Source: Corallochytrium limacisporum Hawaii
Lineage: Eukaryota > Protista > Pluriformea
NCBI GenBank assembly: GCA_002811645.1
Contig: PDIP01000026.1
Span: 1 to 64,000 of the forward strand
Direction of reading: 5' to 3'
Length of the DNA: 64,000 nt
Each line of letters starts with the position of its first letter. Position 1 is the stretch's first letter. Positions 9,853-21,992 of this stretch are shown here, piece by piece. The position numbers and the translations under genes are program-made. A model generated the notes under the pieces. The model ran no database searches. It saw nothing but the letters and a program-made list of their open reading frames with translations, and was not told where the DNA came from.

Positions 9853-11631
9853 ATGGCAAGAAAATTTCAACGCCTCCGTACTGAAGAGTACGACGAGGAT
9901 GGGTCTTTTGAGGACTTGCCGCTCTCGACTCGGCCCAGTATGGATCGAGAACTGCTTAGAAGCAGTGTAGAGAGCTCGGGTCGAACTCGAGACCTTGCAG
10001 ACATGTACGATGGCGTTCCTATTGTAGTGGGTCGTTTGCGGGGCTCAGAGCTCTTGAGGCGAAGTGTAACACTGACAAACTCTGAAACAGCTAGTCAGCG
10101 TCCGTCCACCGATTTTACCAGTATGCCCTTCTCAAATGGCCATGGAAAATCCCCAGCGGAGAGCGGAATCTATACTCTCGACGAGGCAATTGACTACGCT
10201 GGCAAGGGACCGGGACAATTCATCTACACGTCTATTATTGGTGCCATTTGGTCTGTAGATGCTGCAGAAATTATGGTTCTTGGCTACCTTGGACCTGCAC
10301 TGAGGTGTGAATGGAACCTGAGTCCGTTTGCGACTGCCAGCTTGACCACCATGATTTTCATTGGTATGCTCCTCGGTTCTCTCGTCTGGTCTTACGTGTC
10401 TGACCGTATTGGTCGCCGCAGAACAATCATCTATGCCGTCATGGTTATGGCAGTGGCGGGTATGTTAAGTGCATTCAGTCCAAATTACTATGCGCTGGTT
10501 GTGTGTCGGTTTGTCGTCGGTTTCGCAGTGGGGGGCCTGGGTCAGGGTGTGACACTGGTGGCTGAGTTGCTGCCCACGAACGGCCGTGGTAAGATTATGA
10601 CCGTCATGTCCGTCTTTTGGACCGTGGGATCACTGGGTGCAGCAGCCATGGCTGTGGCTCTTATGCCGGAGCCTGGCTGGCGCTGGCTGCTGGGGGTTTC
10701 GTCGCTCCCGGCTGTGGCTTACGTCGCCGTGTCCTTTTTGATTCCCGAAAGCCCTCGCTGGCTGGCCCACCACCACCGCATCGATGAAGCAGAAGAATCC
10801 ATCAGAAAATTGGCAAAGCTGAATAAGAAGGAACTTCCGGAGAATTTCCAGCTCCACGTAGACGCAGATGAACATGAGTCGCATCACTTGAGCTACTTCG
10901 AAAAGCTGTGCATCCTTTTCAGCCCTCAGTGGCGCAAAACCACGTTGTTAGTACTCACCGTGTACTTCACTCTTGCCACCTGCTATTACGGAGTAGTGCT
11001 CATGACATCCGAGCTGTTTGCAATTGAATCCGAGGGCGGCAGCAGTGCATGTGACGCGTCGCGGGTCAGCGCCACTGTTACTGCTGTAGACGATTCTCCG
11101 TGTGACAACTTGTCCACGGACGACTACGTTGATGTCTTCATCACAACTGTTTCAGAGGCCCCTAGCATTTTGGTCACTTTCATCATCATTGACAATCTGG
11201 GTCGGGTCAAGAGTCTTGCTCTCCAGTTGGGAGGTGCCTCCTTATGCATGGCATGTTTGTTTTTCTGCCTCACTCGCACATGGGAGACGGTCGCCATTTT
11301 CGGCACGCGGATGTTCATCAGTGGAGGTTTCCAAGTGTGTACGGCTTACATTCCCGAAGTATTCCCCACAAACGTCAGGGCGACGAGTTTGGGTATCAAG
11401 ACAGCTTCGTCCCGTGTCGGTGCGATCATTACTCCATTCATCGGAGAAGTCCTGCTGCGAATCCACGCCCTGGCGGCTATAGGAATCTACGCGAGCATTC
11501 TGGCCATTGCCTGCGGATGCGCTCTCATGCTACCCTTTGAGACCGTGGGTAACGCCTTAGGCACACATGCAGCAAAGAAGGGTATAGAAATGCAAATGAT
11601 GCGACGAACCTCAACATCTAGGGCCGCATGA
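9853..11631 (+). CDS. SVOP: SV2-related MFS transporter (SVOP-like)
   Basis: YTLDEAIDYAGKG, AAEIMVLGYLGPALRCEWNL, SDRIGRR MFS motif A, PESPRW, YIPEVFPTNVRA; about 12 TM segments. Confidence 0.85.
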   Translation: MARKFQRLRTEEYDEDGSFEDLPLSTRPSMDRELLRSSVESSGRTRDLADMYDGVPIVVGRLRGSELLRRSVTLTNSETASQRPSTDFTSMPFSNGHGKSPAESGIYTLDEAIDYAGKGPGQFIYTSIIGAIWSVDAAEIMVLGYLGPALRCEWNLSPFATASLTTMIFIGMLLGSLVWSYVSDRIGRRRTIIYAVMVMAVAGMLSAFSPNYYALVVCRFVVGFAVGGLGQGVTLVAELLPTNGRGKIMTVMSVFWTVGSLGAAAMAVALMPEPGWRWLLGVSSLPAVAYVAVSFLIPESPRWLAHHHRIDEAEESIRKLAKLNKKELPENFQLHVDADEHESHHLSYFEKLCILFSPQWRKTTLLVLTVYFTLATCYYGVVLMTSELFAIESEGGSSACDASRVSATVTAVDDSPCDNLSTDDYVDVFITTVSEAPSILVTFIIIDNLGRVKSLALQLGGASLCMACLFFCLTRTWETVAIFGTRMFISGGFQVCTAYIPEVFPTNVRATSLGIKTASSRVGAIITPFIGEVLLRIHALAAIGIYASILAIACGCALMLPFETVGNALGTHAAKKGIEMQMMRRTSTSRAA

Positions 11632-11964
11632 ATAACATCCATGACGTATATAAATATATTGATTCTGTTTAGTATTTATTGCGCACGCACCTTGTGGGCC
11701 AAAGGGCATTCATAATTAATGACTTTGTCACCAGTTCACTATACATTCACTACTGAAATTCCCAAAAAGGAAGCTAAAGACCTTCCCCATAATTGGCAAC
11801 TCGGCCAAACGCACGCATTTTGTAAAAAGTGGGACAAAAGGGGAGGCGAGGGGGGGGGCGCGGCAGACTAAGGGAGGGTGAGCAAAAGCAAGAGACATTG
11901 GCTGCAAAAGGGGAGACACGCGAGTACCGGTTGCTTTGAGAACAAAGGTGGCCCTCGCGTAACT

Positions 11965-11988
11965 ACACACACACACACACACACACAC
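11965..11988. repeat. (AC)12 microsatellite
   Basis: Read directly from the sequence. Confidence 0.95.
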
Positions 11989-12575
11989 GCAACGCAACCT
12001 CCTCCCTCCACCTTTCCCCAAACCGTCATTTTGGCTCCCGCAAGCTCGCAGGGGGCCCAATCAAGAAGAAAAAAAAAAACAAAAAGCACCCTTGCCGAGC
12101 CATTTCAGAAGAGCAGCGGGATGAGATTACTGGAGAAGTGAGAGATTGGGAAGGAAGAGCCACGGGTGGCAAGAGGGAAACTTTCGGGTAGGTTTTCTAC
12201 TGGGAGGAGAGACAAGAGGCGTGAGATCGACAAAGTTAGAATCACCATTCCTTACGTAAAAAAGACGGTCGAAACTCTTGCTGACGGGTGCTTGTGGTGA
12301 AGCCAGGAGGGAGGGGGAAAAGAATGTGAGTGGGTCCTGGTGCGCTTGCTACCGGTGCTAGGCAAGAGTTGACCTGTCCCTGTATTAGGATATGGGTACC
12401 CGGATTCACATTTTGAGCCGTGTAACTAAGATAGGGACAGAGGGGCGGAAGCAAGGTGATTGACGCCCCTTCGCTTGAACTGAATGAGGGTCAGGTACAA
12501 GAATAGTATTCCGTCTTCGTGGAAAACATACCTGATGGACCCAGAACATGAAATAGATAGACCACAGTTGCAAGT

Positions 12576-14117
12576 ATGGCAATGGTTGTCACGGTCACGA
12601 ATGAAGTCGGTCCATCCAGATTGAGCTTCAAAGACGACATCACACGACAAATAGCAAATACTAAATCTCCGGAAAGAAAGTCCAGATCGGTTAACACCAT
12701 AGACAGCATAGGTGTGCGACAGCGTTCAGAGGCAACTTCGACTAGTGATCCCTTTGACCATGGGCGCAGTGTTGAAGAAAGCTTGGCGGCTTCCTCGTCC
12801 ACGGAAGGAAACCGTCAGGAGTCTGAAATCGACTCCAAGAAAGGCTACCCACAGGTAATTGGCGTAACTTCCTTAGCCATGATTGTGGGAGCTCTAAGTC
12901 TGTGTTGGGGTATCTATATTCCACGCATTGTTGACGACATGAACACATCCTTAGCTATGGCATCCTTTGCCGGTGCTCTGTCCTTGACCATCAGGGCAGC
13001 ACTGGCACCGTGGGCGGGTAGTTGGCCTGCAAGGTTCGGATCGCAAAAGGTGGTTATTGTCGGTAGCACTGTGATCAGCATCGGACTTATTGGATGCAGC
13101 TTCTCAACCAACGTCTGGGAGCTTTACCTATTCTTCGGTCTGACTGTGGGCATGGGGCTTAGCATGCTGCTTTACCCAGGATCATACGTTGTCATTCAAT
13201 GGTACCGCAAAAAGAAGGCGATGATGCTTGGTTTTGCACTTGGAAGTACTGGGGTTGGTGGCTTTATCTACAATATCGTGGCTGCGCTGCTAATTGAACG
13301 GTATGACTGGAGAATTGCCTTGCGACTGACGGTCCTTTGGGTTATGTTTTTCACGGCGGTCGGTGTGCTGCTGATCAGGGACCGCGTGCCGCCCAAGAAA
13401 GTACCCACACGTATAGATTGGTATCTATTCAAGGATGCGCGCTTTGTTCTCATGTTCATGTGCAATACTTTCTTCAGCTTTGGGTACGCTGCACCTTTCT
13501 TCTTCACGGTGACCTGGGCAGAACGGTACGGCATGTCCAGCACGGTGGCTGCCGTAGCAACCGGTGGCATCGCCATTTCAATGGCTGTCGGCACCCCGGT
13601 GCAGGGCTGGATCGGTGACCGTACCGCCCGGGATATGGTGTATGTGGTGTGTATGTTGTGTGCGGGAGCCGTACTATTTCTGTGGCCAGTTTGCAAGACG
13701 GAATGGCCCCTCTTGATCGTGTCATTTGTGTACGGCTTTACAACTGGTGGCCAATCAGCGAATACCGCAGCGATCATCACAGATTGGTTCCCAAAGCATG
13801 ATCCAGGCAAGGTTAATGGTCTGAGTGGTGCTGGCAGGGCAGTGGGGGAGCTCTTCGGTCCTGTCCTGATTGCTATGCTATTCGACACGAGCGCAGAGGC
13901 CGCCTTTATGCTTTCCGGCGCCTTTATGATCCTCACTGGAATATCCATCTACGTTGGATCAATCTGGCTCAAAATCCGCAATGACTCAGGACTAGAAAAC
14001 GTATCGTACACTTCTGTGAGCCAAACCCAAGATTATGTGGATCAGAATGGCAATGGTCAGGTGCCCATGTCAGAAATCAGCAGGCTCTCCGATCCCTCAC
14101 AGCCGCGTGCACAATAG
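12576..14117 (+). CDS. MFS transporter, SLC16/MCT-like, array copy 1
   Basis: 513-aa ORF with DSKKGY N-terminal motif, IQWYRKKKA, GWIGDR, about 12 TM segments. Confidence 0.9.
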   Translation: MAMVVTVTNEVGPSRLSFKDDITRQIANTKSPERKSRSVNTIDSIGVRQRSEATSTSDPFDHGRSVEESLAASSSTEGNRQESEIDSKKGYPQVIGVTSLAMIVGALSLCWGIYIPRIVDDMNTSLAMASFAGALSLTIRAALAPWAGSWPARFGSQKVVIVGSTVISIGLIGCSFSTNVWELYLFFGLTVGMGLSMLLYPGSYVVIQWYRKKKAMMLGFALGSTGVGGFIYNIVAALLIERYDWRIALRLTVLWVMFFTAVGVLLIRDRVPPKKVPTRIDWYLFKDARFVLMFMCNTFFSFGYAAPFFFTVTWAERYGMSSTVAAVATGGIAISMAVGTPVQGWIGDRTARDMVYVVCMLCAGAVLFLWPVCKTEWPLLIVSFVYGFTTGGQSANTAAIITDWFPKHDPGKVNGLSGAGRAVGELFGPVLIAMLFDTSAEAAFMLSGAFMILTGISIYVGSIWLKIRNDSGLENVSYTSVSQTQDYVDQNGNGQVPMSEISRLSDPSQPRAQ

Positions 14118-14570
14118 CTCATCAAAGGTCACTTTCACAACCCTTTCCCTCCCCGCTACCGCATTGGTGGCTAAGAGTTGTGCTCGGCGCAGGATAAACC
14201 GCCCCTCTGACCGCACCGCGTCTCTCCGTACCCAATTCCCCCTTTCCCCCTTGCCGCTGCCTCAACTGAGTCACGGTCACTGTTGCCACGACGGGCCAGA
14301 AATGAAGTAAACTTGCGTATTCCCCTCCCCGCAGATAGTAATATACAATAATATACCAAATAGTCAGCATTATGATACATGTGTCACCTTGGTATCGGAT
14401 CAAGACCCGCCATTTTTTTCCGAAGGGAGGACCACAAAGGGGAGTCCTTGTCCAATCCATTTCATCACACTGCAAATGGTGCTATTAAGGAGAGTGCTTT
14501 CACTGCCCATAAACCATAGCCCTGATGATTATCAACATTGAAATTCTTGTAGACCGAAAATACAACCGCA

Positions 14571-16157
14571 ATGTCTGCTGTTACGCTTACAAAACCTGTC
14601 AGTGCACCTAGATTGAGTCTCAAAGATGACATCACACGACAGCTGCCCACCAGACGATCTGTAGAAAGAGCTCGCGGCATTGGGCCTCAGGAGAGTACAA
14701 TCAAGCCTGTAGAGACAAGTACCAAAAACACTAACACAGTAGATAGTATAGGAGAGAAAGATCCTACCGAGGCAACCTCGATCAATGATCTTTTTGACGA
14801 TGGATCTGGGGTCGAAGAGAGGTTAGCAAGTACCGCTTTTGCAGAGGAAAACCGACTGGAACCTAGAATCGATTCCAAGGACGGTTATCCGCAGGTAGCT
14901 GGTGTTTTCTGCATTGTCTTTGTGGTGGGGGCCCTGAGTCTGTGCTGGGGTATCTTTATGCCGCGTATAATTGATGACATGAACATATCCTTAGCTGTGG
15001 CATCTTTTGCCGGTGCTCTGCTATTGACCATCAGGGCAGGGGTGGCCCCGTGGGCGGGTAGTTGGCCCGGAAGGTTTGGGTCGCAGAGAGTCGTGGCTGT
15101 CGGTTCCATTTTAGTTTGCGTCGGACTAATCGGAAGCAGTTTTGCAATCGATATTTGGGAATTATACGTATGCTACAGTTTGATGGTGGGCATGGGACTT
15201 AGTCTCCTGCTCTATCCAGGATCGTACATCATTATTCAATGGTACAGCAAAAAAAAGTCCATGATGCTTGGTTTTGGGCTTGGCAGTTTGGACTTTGGCG
15301 GTTTTGTCTACAATATCGTGGCTGCGCTACTGATTGAACGATATGGCTGGAGAGATACCTTGCGTCTAACGGTGGGTATGGTTTTGGTATTGACTATCAC
15401 GGGTGTACTGCTCATCAGGGATCGTCTTCCGCCCAAAAAGGTGAGCACACGTTTAGATTGGTATCTATTTAGGAATCCGCGTTTCTTGTTGGTCTTCTTG
15501 TGCAATATATCCTTCAGCTTTGGAAAACGGGTACCCACGTTCTTCACGGTGATTTGGGCAGAGCGCCACGGTATGTCCAGCACTATTGGTGCCATTGCCA
15601 CAGGTCTCATGGCCTTATCTGGCGGAATTGGAATTCCAGTACAAGGTTGGATCGGTGACCGTACAGCCCGAGATACAGTATTTGTGGTAAACATGTTGTG
15701 CGCTGGAGCAGTACTCTTCATATGGCCTGTCTGCAAGACGGAATGGTCACTATTGTTAGTGTCAGTGCTGTGCGGCTTTCTCATAGCTGGCCAAACAGCA
15801 AATACCGCGGCGATCATTACGGATTGGTTCCCAAAGCATGAACCCGGAAAGATCAGCGGTTTGAGTAGTGCTGGCAGGGCAATTGGGGAGCTTTTTGGCC
15901 CTGTCCTAACAGCTGCGTTTTTTGACTCTCATCTTGGCGCCGCTTACATGCTTTCCGGTGCCCTTATGATGTTCACCGGGATATCCATCTACATTGGATC
16001 CGTTTGGCAAAAGATCAGCAATAAGCCCTCATTAGATAATGTTTTGCAGCCGTCTGTGGCTCAGGTACATGACATTGATGGGCAAAAAAGTATTCGTGAT
16101 CTGTCATTGACGGATTTCAGCAAGAACTCCAATCATTCACAACAGCAAACACATTAG
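14571..16157 (+). CDS. MFS transporter, SLC16/MCT-like, array copy 2 (most divergent)
   Basis: 528-aa ORF, collinear paralogue of copy 1. Confidence 0.9.
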   Translation: MSAVTLTKPVSAPRLSLKDDITRQLPTRRSVERARGIGPQESTIKPVETSTKNTNTVDSIGEKDPTEATSINDLFDDGSGVEERLASTAFAEENRLEPRIDSKDGYPQVAGVFCIVFVVGALSLCWGIFMPRIIDDMNISLAVASFAGALLLTIRAGVAPWAGSWPGRFGSQRVVAVGSILVCVGLIGSSFAIDIWELYVCYSLMVGMGLSLLLYPGSYIIIQWYSKKKSMMLGFGLGSLDFGGFVYNIVAALLIERYGWRDTLRLTVGMVLVLTITGVLLIRDRLPPKKVSTRLDWYLFRNPRFLLVFLCNISFSFGKRVPTFFTVIWAERHGMSSTIGAIATGLMALSGGIGIPVQGWIGDRTARDTVFVVNMLCAGAVLFIWPVCKTEWSLLLVSVLCGFLIAGQTANTAAIITDWFPKHEPGKISGLSSAGRAIGELFGPVLTAAFFDSHLGAAYMLSGALMMFTGISIYIGSVWQKISNKPSLDNVLQPSVAQVHDIDGQKSIRDLSLTDFSKNSNHSQQQTH

Positions 16158-16667
16158 CCCACCGCATTGTCAGGGCTAGTACGGCCTTCCCCCCTCCTTC
16201 CTTCCTTTCTGCCAATCGCCTCGGAAACTTGGCCAGGGAGTGCTTTGCCCGCAGCGCGGACGCTGTTGCCGGGCCTGAGAAGTTTTTCCTCTCCCGTTCC
16301 CCTTCCCCCGTTTCCGCTTTTCTGCTGACCCCCCCCTCTCCCGGCTCGCCGGTCACGATCTCTGTTGTCACGACTGCCCTTCAGTTAGCTAAGCGAACAC
16401 CCTCCCCCTTCCCGGGGGGATCCACCATTACACGCGCAGTCAATATCGGAAGATCGTGCCGGTCATACCTCAATTTTCTGCGCAACGACAGCTATCGTGG
16501 CCCCCACCCCGCCCCCCGGGGGGGGGAGGGGAGACCGCCCTCGATTCGGGGTGTGAACCTGCTGTGCGATTCATGGTATGTAAGGGGAAAGGCTTCATGG
16601 CCCCCAAACCACAACTCGGACAAGTATTCTCCAAATAGAGTACGCTTAGAGATTGACAATTGTGACC

Positions 16668-18270
16668 ATGTCATCTGCGGTCACGCTTACAAGTCAGGTC
16701 AGTGAACCTAGACTGAGTTTCAAAGATGATATCACAAGACAGATGACGATCAATAGATCACCAGAAAGAAGTAGCAGATCTCAGGATAGTACAAGCAAGT
16801 CTCCAGAGACGAGCACCAGAGCGGTGAATGCAATAGATGGTACAGGCGTGAGACAGCGTACCGAGGCGACCTCGACCAATGATCTTTTTGACGATGGGCG
16901 TCGGTTCGAAGAGAGCGTGGCTGCGCCTGCAGTCACAGAAGGAATTCGATTGGAACCTAGAATCGATTCCAAGGACGGTTATCCTCAGGTAGCGGGCGTT
17001 TTCTGCATTGGTATTGTGGTGGGGGCCCTGAGTCTGTGCTGGGGTGTCTACATTCCACGTATTGTGGATGACATGAGCACATCCTTGGCTATGGCATCAT
17101 TTGCTGGTGGTCTGGCGTTGACTAGCAGGGGAGCAGTGGCACCGTGGGGGGGGCAGTTGGCCTGGAAGGTTTGGATCGCGGAGGGTAGTCATTGCCGGTG
17201 GTGTGGTGACCAGTATCGGACTAATTGGCACCAGTTTTGCAAGCAATGTCTGGGAACTGTATGTATTCTACGGGCTAATGGTGGGTATGGGACTGAGTCT
17301 TATGCTTTACCCAGGATCGTACATTATTATTCAATGGTATCGCAAAAGAAAGGCGACAATGCTTGGCATAGCACTCGCAAGCATGGGCGTTGGAGGTTTT
17401 CTCTACAATATTGTTGCTGCAGAACTGATTGACCGATTTGGCTGGAGAGATACCTTGCGAATGACAGTGGTGATTGTGTGGGCATTTCTGTCTCCGGGTT
17501 TGCTACTCATCAGGGATCGCGTGCCGCCAAGAAACGTGAGCACGCGCCTGGACTGGCATCTGTTCAGGGACGTGCGCTTTTTCCTAGTCTTCCTAAGCAA
17601 CATACTATTCAGCATTGGCTATGCGGCGCCATTCTTCTTTACCGTCACTTGGGCAGAGCGCCATGGTATGTCCAGCACTGTGGCAGCCATTGCTACGGGT
17701 GTCATCGCCGTATGCGCTGGTCTCGGTACTCCAGCGCAAGGTTGGATCGGCGACCGGACCTCCCGAGATATAGTTTATGTAGTGTGCATGCTATGTGCTG
17801 GAGCAGTACTCTTCTTGTGGCCAGTCTGCAAGACGGAGTGGACACTACTACTAGTGTCGCTGCTCTACGGCTTTGTCACAGGCGGTCAATCAGCCAATAC
17901 CGCAGCGATCATCACGGATTGGTTCCCAAGGCATGACCCGGGCAAGGTCAATGGTTTGAGCGGCGCAGGCAGGGCAGTGGGGGAGCTATTCGGCCCTGTT
18001 CTAATTGCCATGTTATTTGACACGAGCCCTGAAGCTGCGTTTATGCTTTCCGGCGCCTTTATGATGTTGGCCGGCTTATCTATCTACGTTGGATCCATTT
18101 GGCCCAAGATCAGAAGCGGCTCAGGCCTAGACAACGTCTCGTACACATCTGTGGCCCAAGGGCATGAGTCTGAGGAGCAACAGAGCAGTGTTGATTTTCC
18201 CTTGACAGATCACACCAGGAAGTCCAATCCATCACATTCGCGTGCGCAAGAGCTGACCGATTCCCAGTAA
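16668..18270 (+). pseudogene. MFS array copy 3, +1 frameshift at G8 run (17146-17153); otherwise intact
   Basis: Split into ORFs 16653..17432 and 17203..18270. Removing one G restores APW-G-GSWP as in the paralogues. Could be a homopolymer sequencing error. Confidence 0.7.
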
Positions 18271-19332
18271 AGCATTCCAATTTCCCCCCTTGCCTTTTTA
18301 GTCTTGCGATTGATCGAGATTTCCGACCCTCTTCCGGGTCTACCCACCTCCGTTTCTTCGCACATTCAGTACCGAACTTCCCAGAAAGAGCAGCCTCCAC
18401 CGCATTGCGCCTCTATGGGAAAGCGGGGCCACAGAGCAGCAGGGGGCACGGGAGGCGACAACGCGCAGGAGAACTGAGCAAACGAGAAAACGCCCTGAGG
18501 CATCCCTGCGCCGGGGGGTGCGGTTGAGGAGAAATCCATCTGCCAGGGGTGCCCAAAGGGAAAAGGACTGGCAGAGGGTCTACGTACAAATCGGGACCGT
18601 TGATTTTCCCTTTCTTTTTTTCCCTTTTTTTTTGGTTTTTGGTTTCTTTAAACTTTTTCTTTTTCTGTCGCTTCGATTCGTAGTGGGCAGGGTGGGGTCA
18701 AGCACGGTGGCCAGCCTAGGCGTCAGCACGAACTCTGGGGGTTCCTCCCCTCCCCCCCAGGGCGCAAGTCTTCCCCGGGCAAGATCAAAGTGATTCGACG
18801 GTGGTACGGGTCGGGGCCCGGCACCCCCCGGGGGCTGGCGGGGAAGGGTTTTGGTTGGAATGTTTTAAGTTCAGTTTTCTGGCAAGATACCCAACACAGT
18901 TTTTTTTTTCCCTTTCTTTTCCTTTTTGTTTCTAATTCGTGCCCTTTACCTTTCCTGTGCTTTTTTTGCGGTGTGTTTCTGCTGTATTCAGAGTTTGTCC
19001 CTCTACTCCTGCCCGCCTTCGCCTTTTTTTTTGGTCCGGTTTTCCTTGATATCATATGATAGCTGTTGCCATGACGGGAAAATTCTATACTGAGAGTAGG
19101 AGGGTAAGAATGGGGCCCCGAAGCACTCCCAAGTAGTTGGACATCCAATCGGTGTGTGTTGTAGCTTCAAGAGCAAACGTTGGATCATCTCAGCAAGAAT
19201 GTGAGGGTTGCGCTTTTACCTAATTCAGTTATGAGTTGAATATATGTGCTATTAGTAAGCTGCTTTTGCATCTGTTGCCGAATGTTATGAGCACTCACAA
19301 AGTGAATTCTTACAGATCGGGCAATTGCGACC

Positions 19333-20493
19333 ATGTCATCTGCGGTTACGCTCACAAGTCAGGTCAGTGCACCTGGACTGAGTTTCAAAGATGACATCAC
19401 AAGACAGATGACGATCAATAGATCACCAGAAAGAAGTAGCAGATCTCAGGATAGTACAAGCAAGGCTCCGGAGACGAACACGAGAGCGGTGAATGCAATA
19501 GATGGTACAGGCGTGAGACAGCGTACCGAGGCGACCTCGACCAATGATCTTTTTGACGATGGGCGTCGGTTCGAAGAGAGCGTGGCTGCGCCTGCAGTCA
19601 CAGAAGGAATTCGATTGGAACCTAGAATCGATTCCAAGGACGGTTATCCTCAGGTAGCGGGCGTTTTCTGCATTGGTATTGTGGTGGGGGCCCTGAGTCT
19701 GTGCTGGGGTGTCTACATTCCACGTATTGTGGATGACATGAGCACATCCTTGGCTATGGCATCATTTGCTGGTGGTCTGGCGTTGACTAGCAGGGGAGCA
19801 GTGGCACCGTGGGGGGGGCAGTTGGCCTGGAAGGTTTGGATCGCGGAGGGTAGTCATTGCCGGTGGTGTGGTGACCAGTATCGGACTAATTGGCACCAGT
19901 TTTGCAAGCAATGTCTGGGAACTGTATGTATTCTACGGGCTAATGGTGGGTATGGGACTGAGTCTTATGCTTTACCCAGGATCGTACATTATTATTCAAT
20001 GGTATCGCAAAAGAAAGGCGACAATGCTTGGCATAGCACTCGCAAGCATGGGCGTTGGAGGTTTTCTCTACAATATTGTTGCTGCAGAACTGATTGACCG
20101 ATTTGGCTGGAGAGATACCTTGCGAATGACAGTGGTGATTGTGTGGGCATTTCTGTCTCCGGGTTTGCTACTCATCAGGGATCGCGTGCCGCCAAGAAAC
20201 GTGAGCACGCGCCTGGACTGGCATCTGTTCAGGGACGTGCGCTTTTTCCTAGTCTTCCTAAGCAACATACTATTCAGCATTGGCTATGCGGCGCCATTCT
20301 TCTTTACCGTCACTTGGGCAGAGCGCCATGGTATGTCCAGCACTGTGGCAGCCATTGCTACGGGTGTCATCGCCGTATGCGCTGGTCTCGGTACTCCAGC
20401 GCAAGGTTGGATCGGCGACCGGACCTCCCGAGATATAGTTTATGTAGTGTGCATGCTATGTGCTGGAGCAGTACTCTTCTTGTGGCCAGTCTG
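19333..20493 (+). pseudogene. MFS array copy 4, near-identical to copy 3, same G8 frameshift (19811-19818), truncated by N-gap
   Basis: ORFs 19333..20097 and 19868..gap; differs from copy 3 visibly only in the first ~160 nt. Confidence 0.65.
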
Positions 20494-20812
20494 NNNNNNN
20501 NNNNNNNNNNNNNNNNNNNNNNNNNNNNNNNNNNNNNNNNNNNNNNNNNNNNNNNNNNNNNNNNNNNNNNNNNNNNNNNNNNNNNNNNNNNNNNNNNNNN
20601 NNNNNNNNNNNNNNNNNNNNNNNNNNNNNNNNNNNNNNNNNNNNNNNNNNNNNNNNNNNNNNNNNNNNNNNNNNNNNNNNNNNNNNNNNNNNNNNNNNNN
20701 NNNNNNNNNNNNNNNNNNNNNNNNNNNNNNNNNNNNNNNNNNNNNNNNNNNNNNNNNNNNNNNNNNNNNNNNNNNNNNNNNNNNNNNNNNNNNNNNNNNN
20801 NNNNNNNNNNNN

Positions 20813-21992
20813 TATTGTGGATGACATGAACACATCCTTGGCTATGGCATCTTTTGCCGGTGGTTTGTCATTAACCATTAGGGCAGCAGTAGCTCCTTGG
20901 GCGGGGAGCTGGCCCGGAAGGTTTGGATCGCGGAAGGTGGTCACCGTTGGGGGCATACTGATTTGTATCGGACTGATCGGAAGCAGTTTTGCAAGCAACG
21001 TCTGGGAACTGTATATATTCTACGGCCTGATGGTTGGTATGGGACTTAGCCTCCTGCTCTACCCAGGATCGTACATTATTATTCAATGGTACCGCAAAAA
21101 GAAGGCCATGATGCTTGGTTTTGGGCTCGGAAGTTTGGGCATTGGCGGCTTTGTATACAATGTCGTGGCTTCGCTACTGATTAATCAATATGGCTGGAGA
21201 GATGCCTTGCGAATTACAGTATTGCCTGTTTTCGTGTTCTTAGTGGTCGGTTTGCTACTTATCCGGGATCGTGTGCCGCCAAGAAGAGTGAGCACGCGTC
21301 TGGACTGGCATCTGTTCCGGGATGTACGCTTCTTCCTTGTCTTCTTATGCAATGCGTTCTTCAGCTTTGGATATGCCGCGCCATTCTTTTTCACGGTCAC
21401 TTGGGCAGAGCGCCATAACTTGTCAAGTACTGTTGCTGCCATTGCCACGGGTTTCATTGCCATATCCACCGGTCTCGGCACACCGGTACAAGGCTGGATC
21501 GGTGACCGTACCGCTCGAGATATAGTGTTTGTGGTGTGTATGTTATGCGCCGGTGCAGTGCTGTTTCTGTGGCCAATTTGCGTCACAGAGTGGTCGCTGC
21601 TGCTAGTGTCGCTGCTATACGGCTTTGTCACAGGAGGTCAATCAGCAAATACCGCAGCGATTATCACGGATTGGTTCCCAAGGCATGACCCGGGCAAGGT
21701 CAATGGTTTGAGCGGCGCAGGCAGGGCAGTGGGGGAGCTGTTCGGCCCTGTTCTGATTGCCATGTTATTTGACACGAGCCCTGAAGCTGCGTTTATGCTT
21801 TCCGGTGCCTTTATGATGTTCACAGGCATTGCCATCTACATTGGATCCATTTGGCCCAAGATCAGTAACGGTTCAGGCCTAGACAATGTTTCGTACACGT
21901 CAGTAATCCGAAGGAGTGAATCTGAGGAGCAACAAGGCAGTGGCGATTTGGCCATGACAGACATTAGCAGGAACTCCAATCCAATACAATAG
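20813..21992 (+). CDS. MFS array copy 5, 5' end missing in the N-gap
   Basis: Open frame from IVDDMNTSLAMASF to a stop at 21992. Confidence 0.8.

Noticed and set aside
20143-20998. ORFs spanning N-gaps (also 42480-43374 and 58131-59189, poly-Pro/Gly)
   Set aside because: Artefacts of N runs and homopolymers.
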